Shown here in pieces: positions 37,509 through 43,032 of a stretch of DNA of 43,032 nt (positions are counted from its first letter, which is position 1; every line of letters begins with the position of its first letter). Source of the DNA: Alphaproteobacteria bacterium (lineage in GTDB: Bacteria; Pseudomonadota; Alphaproteobacteria; Puniceispirillales; Puniceispirillaceae). The stretch lies in the NCBI GenBank assembly GCA_030835985.1, contig JAURQT010000123.1, forward strand, positions 1 through 43,032. The letters run 5' to 3'. The notes beneath the pieces are model-generated. The model ran no database searches and was not told the origin of the DNA. It worked only from the letters and a program-made list of their open reading frames with translations. Position numbers and translations under genes: made by a program.

Positions 37509-38246
37509 TTACGGGAAAGAAATGCGATCCTGTTGCACTTGCAAGAGCTGGAGGATTTTTACATTCTGTCCAGCCAGCATATCTACCTGGGCAGCGGTTT
37601 TTTTCTGCTGGGCAGATAATGCGCCTATCTCGGCATTATTGATCAGTTTTGATTCCACATCAGCGATAGACCCGCTAATAGAGGCTTCCAGGCTGGCCAG
37701 ATTTACCGCCAATTGATTGGTTTGCCCCAGGGCTTCGCTAACCACTTCCTCGCTGATAGATTTTGCCAGCTTTTCATTGGCAGTGACCATCGCACCGGTT
37801 GAGGCTTTCATCTCATCCATCATCGCAGAAGAAGAAGAGGAGATTAACGCCATCATTTCTGTCATTTTTTCAGAAGATTCCCGGTTTAACGCCACTAATT
37901 CTGCTTGCTGGGAAAGCGCGCTGTTCAATTCTTCGAGAACCCCGTTCAATTCCTGAATATTTTCCGAGAACACGACCACCCCTTCCAGGTTGGTATCGCT
38001 CATTGCCTTTAGCTGGCTGATGGTCTGAAAATACAGCGTTGCGGAAAAAACCAGACATACCACAGCTGTTACCATAGCCGTTACAAAAGTCATCGTTGTA
38101 TAGCGGTGAATCTGTGACACTTTTTGCTCCAGCTTTTTATGTTCGCGTTTTACCTGACTATATTCGGAAGTGACATCTGTCGCGGCATCAGCAGCATCCA
38201 GCGCCAACTTGATACTTTCCTGAACTGAATTCAATTCACTAGACAT
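37509..38246 (-). CDS. Single-TM periplasmic coiled-coil protein, MotF-like
   Basis: 245 aa with a TM at about residues 52-73 followed by a long helical region; position downstream of fliOPQR-flhB resembles R. sphaeroides Fla1 motF (recalled architecture and synteny, not an alignment). Confidence 0.6.
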   Translation of the reverse strand: MSSELNSVQESIKLALDAADAATDVTSEYSQVKREHKKLEQKVSQIHRYTTMTFVTAMVTAVVCLVFSATLYFQTISQLKAMSDTNLEGVVVFSENIQELNGVLEELNSALSQQAELVALNRESSEKMTEMMALISSSSSAMMDEMKASTGAMVTANEKLAKSISEEVVSEALGQTNQLAVNLASLEASISGSIADVESKLINNAEIGALSAQQKKTAAQVDMLAGQNVKILQLLQVQQDRISFP

Positions 38247-38349
38247 CTATTTCTTCCTCAATGCTTTTTGCGGATAATTCCTGTTTTGGGGGTTCACTTC
38301 CCCGCCCATCCTCCACGTATGTGTTATCCGGGCAATTTTCCGCTTTGAC

Positions 38350-38589
38350 TTATCCTTTTATATCCAGACCGCCTGACCCTTTTGGGGTTTTTTTTGGCTT
38401 ATCCTGCTCCATAGACGGATTTTGCTGATAATATGCACAATGCATGCCAGTTGACTGAAAGACGACCAGGGCAGGCAAGCTTTTCCCTTTAAACCCGAAA
38501 TTTCGGCAGCCCCAGGGCCGGCGGCGGTCATGAGTGACAAAAAAATGCCGGCAGCCGTTGCAAGATGTACGACCATCTGTTTTTTTCAT
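38350..38589 (-). CDS. Small four-Cys protein (CxxC..GC..FGFK..C)
   Basis: CNGCRHFFVTHD..PWGCRNFGFKG..LP..V..STGMHC; ATG 38589 overlaps the upstream TGA. Confidence 0.8.
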   Translation of the reverse strand: MKKTDGRTSCNGCRHFFVTHDRRRPWGCRNFGFKGKSLPALVVFQSTGMHCAYYQQNPSMEQDKPKKTPKGSGGLDIKG

Positions 38590-38804
38590 CGCCAAAACCT
38601 CAGCATAGATAAAACAGTTTTCTGAATAAAAAAACGTAACCCTGCGGCAAAACAGGCCAGCGCACATACCCCGATGGCAACTGCCTTTGCGGTATAGCCG
38701 GCATCATATAGCTCTGAGGCATGTAAAAAGAACACCAGAGACAGGCTAAGAAAACAGACCGTGCTGATCATTGTGCCCGCGCTTCTTTCCTGTGATTTAC
38801 GCAT
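38586..38804 (-). CDS. Small two-TM membrane protein coupled to flhB
   Basis: ATG 38804 after AGGAGG overlaps the flhB stop by 8 nt; two hydrophobic helices. Confidence 0.72.
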   Translation of the reverse strand: MRKSQERSAGTMISTVCFLSLSLVFFLHASELYDAGYTAKAVAIGVCALACFAAGLRFFIQKTVLSMLRFWR

Positions 38805-39978
38805 AGCTACCTCCTGTTGGCGGCTTTGTGCCATCTATCAGCTGACCATTTTCGGTAAATTGCAGCTCGTCCGGTACCACAATTTCTGGCTCTTCTACCA
38901 TCTCCCCTTTATCCAGACGATAAAGATAGGCCAGAACAATCGCAACCGCCTGATATAATTGCTCGGTGATATGCGCGCCAATATCGCCGGTAAAATACAG
39001 CGCACGTGCCAGCAAGGGCGAGCGGAAGACCGTTACATTCGCGCCTTTGGCCCGCTCGATAATCTGGGCGGCCATATGGCCCCTACCCATCGCCAGAATT
39101 ATTGGCGCATCGGCAGTGCCGACCTCATATTTCAGCGCTACGGCAAAGTGGGTCGGGTTAGTGATAACAGCGGTGGCATTAGGTACATCCTCCAATGCTT
39201 TTTGCTGTTTGCCGGCATTGCTGGCGGTTTCCATCTGCATACGGCGGATTTTGGCCTTTACCTCTGGCGAGCCTTCGGTTTGTTTATATTCATCTTTTTG
39301 TTCCTGTTTGGTCATCCGCAAGGATTGAATATGCACATGGCGCTGCCAGAAATAATCTATCGCAAAAATTATCGCCAAAATGATTAGCAATGCGCCCAGC
39401 AAAACCGGAAATTCGATTAGGCTTCTCATAAAGGCAGATTCCAGATCGCGTGAGGGCAGCTGGATAAGCGCCGGCAAACGGCTGTAAATAATCACCCCTG
39501 CAACGCCCATCAAAAGCGTGACTTTCAAGACCGCTTTCACCAATTCCATCAGACCCTTGGCAGAAAAAATACGCTTCAGGCCAGACAGGGGATTAATCCG
39601 GTTTCCCTTAAAATTCATGGCTTTTGGGGCAAAATTAATGCCGCCCACAATTGTTTGTGTTGCCAGCACCACCACCATTAACGGAATACCGATAATAAGG
39701 CCGGACATCACAATCATCCAGATCACATCCGCAAACCGCTCGGCAATCAGGGTAGCCAGATCATCCGGCCGCTGAAAATGAAACATCTCTCCCCAGCCAT
39801 TTAGCACAGGGGTAATAAACATCGGGGTAATGAACATCAACATGAAGCCGGCAAACATTGCCGTGAATACAAAGGCTTCTTTCGAGCTGAGAACCTTCCC
39901 GTCCTCTGCCGCTTTCTGGAGTTTTCGTTGGGAGGGTTCTTCGGTTTTTTCCTGACCGTCCTGACTTTCCTCAGCCAT
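38797..39978 (-). CDS. flhB: Flagellar export protein FlhB
   Basis: EKTEEPSQRKL, EGSPEVK, NPTH autocleavage motif, LARALY. Confidence 0.98.
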   Translation of the reverse strand: MAEESQDGQEKTEEPSQRKLQKAAEDGKVLSSKEAFVFTAMFAGFMLMFITPMFITPVLNGWGEMFHFQRPDDLATLIAERFADVIWMIVMSGLIIGIPLMVVVLATQTIVGGINFAPKAMNFKGNRINPLSGLKRIFSAKGLMELVKAVLKVTLLMGVAGVIIYSRLPALIQLPSRDLESAFMRSLIEFPVLLGALLIILAIIFAIDYFWQRHVHIQSLRMTKQEQKDEYKQTEGSPEVKAKIRRMQMETASNAGKQQKALEDVPNATAVITNPTHFAVALKYEVGTADAPIILAMGRGHMAAQIIERAKGANVTVFRSPLLARALYFTGDIGAHITEQLYQAVAIVLAYLYRLDKGEMVEEPEIVVPDELQFTENGQLIDGTKPPTGGSYA

Positions 39979-40798
39979 GCGACATTGCCTCCATCACCAG
40001 ATGCAGATTTTCCATCGCCGATATGCCCAAATCTTTCAGCGCATGCGACATCGAATCTACAGAGAGATAAAACAGAATAAAAATTGCCAGTAGCGAAATC
40101 GGAAAGGCAAAGGAAAACAGGTTCAATTGCGGCGAAGAACGGGTAATCACCCCAACCGCCAGATTGATCAGCAGCATGATAATGGCAATCGGCAACATGA
40201 TGATAGAGGCCGCAACAAACATCGCACTGGCCGCACCGATACCGCCCTTGATAAATGCCCCCCATGCCGGCATTGCCCCGATAGGAAGATAGTCATAGCT
40301 TTCCAGCATCGTGCGCAATACAACCAAATGGCCATTTACCCCCAGAAACAGAATAATCATAAATAACGAGAGCATCTGCGAGACAACAGGGGTTTGCCCG
40401 CCCGAATTCGGGTCAATTTGCGCTGCATAGCCCAGACCGGCAGAGGTGGCGATTTTCTCGCCTGCCAGCACCGCAGCAGAAAACCAGATAGTTAAAATCA
40501 GCCCGGCCGCGATACCGATTAACAGCTCGGTTATCATCACCCCGATAATCCGCAACTCGCTAAAACTTTCAATATCCGGCACGTCTGAATAGCCCATCAC
40601 CATCACCGCCAGAAAGGCCGCCACAATCACCCGCACCTGTACCGGAATAGCTGTACTGCCAAAAATAGGGGACACGACTAAAAATGCCCCTATGCGTAAA
40701 CTGGCCAGCATAAACTTTGCCATAACAGACATAACCGCGTTCAGCTCCAGCCCTGGCAGCCCGCCCATCGCCTGTAATTCTGTTAAGGGAAGTAACAT
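39971..40798 (-). CDS. fliR: Flagellar export protein FliR
   Basis: RIGAFL..PIFG, ELLIG, NGHLV, RSSPQLNLFSFAFP. Confidence 0.96.
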   Translation of the reverse strand: MLLPLTELQAMGGLPGLELNAVMSVMAKFMLASLRIGAFLVVSPIFGSTAIPVQVRVIVAAFLAVMVMGYSDVPDIESFSELRIIGVMITELLIGIAAGLILTIWFSAAVLAGEKIATSAGLGYAAQIDPNSGGQTPVVSQMLSLFMIILFLGVNGHLVVLRTMLESYDYLPIGAMPAWGAFIKGGIGAASAMFVAASIIMLPIAIIMLLINLAVGVITRSSPQLNLFSFAFPISLLAIFILFYLSVDSMSHALKDLGISAMENLHLVMEAMSHG

Positions 40799-40817
40799 TT
40801 GGCCGAAATCCTAACCG

Positions 40818-41087
40818 CTAGCCAATTTGTGCCACTTGGTCAAAGACAAAGGCAAAATAATCTGTCAGCTGTACCAGCATCAGATTGGCAAATAGCCCGA
40901 ATGTGATCAGCACCACCACCAGCTTTGGCACAAAGCTCAAAGTCATTTCGTTAATCGAGGTGGCAGCCTGAATAATACCTATGAGCAAACCAATGGCCAG
41001 CGCCACCCCCAAAACGGGGCCGGCAATAATCACAATATTCCAGAACGCCATCCGCAGGAATTCTACATTCATGTCAAAATCAAACAT
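40818..41087 (-). CDS. fliQ: Flagellar export protein FliQ
   Basis: GLLIGIIQAATSINEMTLSFVPKL. Confidence 0.97.
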   Translation of the reverse strand: MFDFDMNVEFLRMAFWNIVIIAGPVLGVALAIGLLIGIIQAATSINEMTLSFVPKLVVVLITFGLFANLMLVQLTDYFAFVFDQVAQIG

Positions 41088-41129
41088 AGCATTCTCCCGG
41101 GCAAAAACTTGCCCTTTTGCCTTTTATTA

Positions 41130-41924
41130 TCAGGCAGAATAGGTGGCCACCAGTGACCCCACTGTCATTGCCCATCCATCTACCAGCACAAATAACAACA
41201 GCTTGAACGGCAGCGAGACCAGCATCGGGCTTAACATCATCATCCCCAGCGACATTAAAACCGAGGCTATCACCATATCGATCACCAGAAAGGGCAGGAA
41301 TAATAAAAAGCCAATCTGAAAAGCGGTTTTCAGCTCGGATGTAATAAAAGCTGGCAGCAAAATGGTCAGAGGCACATCGCTTGGCGCTTCAAATGCCCCT
41401 TCCTCTGCCATATCGGCAAACATCTTTAAATCATCTTTACGCGTATTTTTAACTAGAAAGCCCTTCATAATATTGCTGGCATCTTCCAGCGCGATTTCCG
41501 CAGAAACATCCCCGTTCAAATAGGGGTCTGCGGCCTTTTCATAGACTTGTGTCAGGGTCGGGCCCATGATGAACATGGATAAAAACAGCGCAATCGCTAT
41601 CAGTACCTGATTAGGCGGTGTTTGCTGTGTTCCCATTGCCTGGCGCAAAATCGACAAAACAATAATGATACGGGTAAAAGAGGTCATGCCCAGCACAATA
41701 GATGGCAAAACAGTCAGCGCTGTCATCAGCGCCAGAACCTGTAGCGATAGGCTGTAGGAGGTTGACCCATCCTGATTATTAATGCTGGTCAGCGCCGGCA
41801 TTCCGCCTACCAGGCCGGCCAGATTATCGGCGGCAAAGGCCGCCCCGCCCGTCGCTATCGAGCTGGCGATAACTATCGCAAGATAAAGACCCCATTTGGG
41901 AAAAGGCAAAAAGCGCTTAACCAT
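41130..41924 (-). CDS. fliP: Flagellar export protein FliP
   Basis: MTSFTRIIIVL, QQTPPNQ, PAFITSELKTAFQIG, LPFKLLLFVLVDGW. Confidence 0.98.
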   Translation of the reverse strand: MVKRFLPFPKWGLYLAIVIASSIATGGAAFAADNLAGLVGGMPALTSINNQDGSTSYSLSLQVLALMTALTVLPSIVLGMTSFTRIIIVLSILRQAMGTQQTPPNQVLIAIALFLSMFIMGPTLTQVYEKAADPYLNGDVSAEIALEDASNIMKGFLVKNTRKDDLKMFADMAEEGAFEAPSDVPLTILLPAFITSELKTAFQIGFLLFLPFLVIDMVIASVLMSLGMMMLSPMLVSLPFKLLLFVLVDGWAMTVGSLVATYSA

Positions 41925-42397
41925 TATCTTTGTCTCCAGCTTTTGAATTTTTCCTGAAAGGCCTTGATATCTGCCTCATCTATCTGCCGGTCAGGCGAGG
42001 CAGAAACCGTTTGGGTCAGATCCACCGGAACGCCAGCCTGTTCTGATATATCTGAGGGCGCACCGTTTCTGGCCGTTTGTGCGGCAAATTTTGCGCTCAA
42101 ATCGGGCTGTAGAGCCGATAGGGACGGCAATGAAACAGCGTCTTTTAACGGTCTGAGGACAGGCTGAACGCCCTTTGCGCTGACCATCACAAACATCTGG
42201 CCATCGATCGCGATCAGGCGTAATTTTTCAGCCGGGCTAATGGCGGTCTCTTCGACCAGCTGGATACGTTTATCGCCATGCAGATTAGCCCGGATAAAGC
42301 TGCCCTTGCGCTTTAGAAAAACCAGCGCTGCGACCATCACGCCCAAAAAGACAAGCGTTATGATTATTTGCTGAATGCCAACAATATCCCCGGTCAT
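41924..42397 (-). CDS. fliO: Flagellar biosynthesis protein FliO
   Basis: N-terminal TM then IQLVEETAISPAEKLRLIAIDGQMFVM; lies between fliN and fliP; start set downstream of the sigma-54 promoter. Confidence 0.8.
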   Translation of the reverse strand: MTGDIVGIQQIIITLVFLGVMVAALVFLKRKGSFIRANLHGDKRIQLVEETAISPAEKLRLIAIDGQMFVMVSAKGVQPVLRPLKDAVSLPSLSALQPDLSAKFAAQTARNGAPSDISEQAGVPVDLTQTVSASPDRQIDEADIKAFQEKFKSWRQR

Positions 42398-42462
42398 CTG
42401 TCCTGTTCCATCTAAAAAAATAGTTAGGCGCCATATCATCAGGGCGCGTCCTAACAGAACAA

Positions 42463-42478
42463 GGCAAAATCCATGCCA
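42463..42478 (-). promoter_or_regulatory. Sigma-54 promoter of the fliOPQR-flhB operon
   Basis: Minus strand TGGCATGGATTTTGCC, GG-N10-GC spacing, about 66 nt upstream of the fliO ATG. Confidence 0.75.
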
Positions 42479-42564
42479 AAGAAGATGGCTGGAAAATCCA
42501 TTTCCAACCATCTGATTTATTTATCTTTTTTTGGGTGTTTGGGTGATATCTATACCGACCGGCC

Positions 42565-42580
42565 TGTCATCTTTTTGACA
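42565..42580. promoter_or_regulatory. Palindromic enhancer-like site TGTCA-N6-TGACA (FleQ-like)
   Basis: TGTCATCTTTTTGACA, about 90 bp upstream of the -24 element of the fliO promoter, a typical bEBP distance. Confidence 0.55.
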
Positions 42581-42602
42581 AGGGCCAGCCCGGCGACAAC
42601 GC

Positions 42603-42953
42603 CTACAGGCTTTCTACCCGCTTTTCCGGATCTACAATTTCGGTAAAGCGCACGCCAAAACGCTCGCCCACCATAACCACTTCGCCCTTGGCGATCATTG
42701 TCCCATTGACCATGATATCCAGCGGATCGCCTGCCAGCCTGTCCAGCTCAATGACAGACCCTTCGTTCAGGCGCAGCAAATCACGTATCTTTAATTCGGT
42801 ATTGCCCACCTCAACAGAGAGCATGACATCGATATTTTCCAATACGCGCAGATTTTCAGCAGATGCAGGAGAGCTGGATACAGCTGGCTCAGCTGCCCCG
42901 GCGGCCGGCTTCTGTTCTGTTTCTGGCGTCTGTGTTTCCTGTTCTTCAGCCAT
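42603..42953 (-). CDS. fliN: Flagellar motor switch protein FliN
   Basis: LSVEVG..IRDLLRLNEGSVIELDRLAGDPLD..AKGEVV..FGVR. Confidence 0.97.
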   Translation of the reverse strand: MAEEQETQTPETEQKPAAGAAEPAVSSSPASAENLRVLENIDVMLSVEVGNTELKIRDLLRLNEGSVIELDRLAGDPLDIMVNGTMIAKGEVVMVGERFGVRFTEIVDPEKRVESL

Positions 42954-43032
42954 GTGACCTGTCCTTTATCTTTCTAAAAACCGTTTGGTCGTTTTACCTG
43001 CCTTTTTTTAAAGAGCAAAATAATATTAAATC

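Noticed and set aside
38350-38589. Calling the four-Cys protein a uracil-DNA glycosylase
   Set aside because: Only 79 aa and no UDG catalytic motifs.
41099-41115. GG-N10-GC on the minus strand before fliQ
   Set aside because: Poor -24 context (AGGGCA), part of a small hairpin, and the implied TSS would leave no ribosome-binding site.
42398-42511. Extended fliO N-terminus from the ORF track
   Set aside because: It spans the sigma-54 promoter; ATG 42397 with SD CAGGA fits better.

Overview
Gene-dense, roughly 50% GC chromosomal segment of a (probably marine) alphaproteobacterium; SAR116/Puniceispirillales-like is my inference, not established. The left part (1-26.3 kb) is mostly housekeeping or metabolic: a truncated lipoprotein with cadherin-like repeats that the ORF track missed, petABC, hemF, CCA-adding enzyme, Nudix, DUF1285, a Cys-free ArsR regulator, TauE/TIGR02186, Usp, cyclophilin, RarD, glycerate kinase, ferredoxin reductase, an FMN alpha-hydroxy-acid dehydrogenase, moaA-mobB-moeA-moaD-moaE, carnitine catabolism (cdhC, lcdH), hisI and a class V aminotransferase. 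The right part (26.4-43 kb) is the edge of a sigma-54-controlled flagellar cluster: fliN, fliOPQR-flhB, several uncharacterised co-transcribed genes including a MotF-like protein, a PomA/PomB (Na+-type) stator and rpoN. It is directly flanked by three tandem bactofilins transcribed divergently from a tail-anchored protein and an LmdC-like M23 peptidase. Reading the intergenic DNA gave four -24/-12 sigma-54 sites, a FleQ-like enhancer palindrome, a perfect CtrA box upstream of rpoN and an unannotated 59-aa ORF with its own sigma-54 promoter. I saw no rRNA, tRNA, CRISPR array or mobile element.
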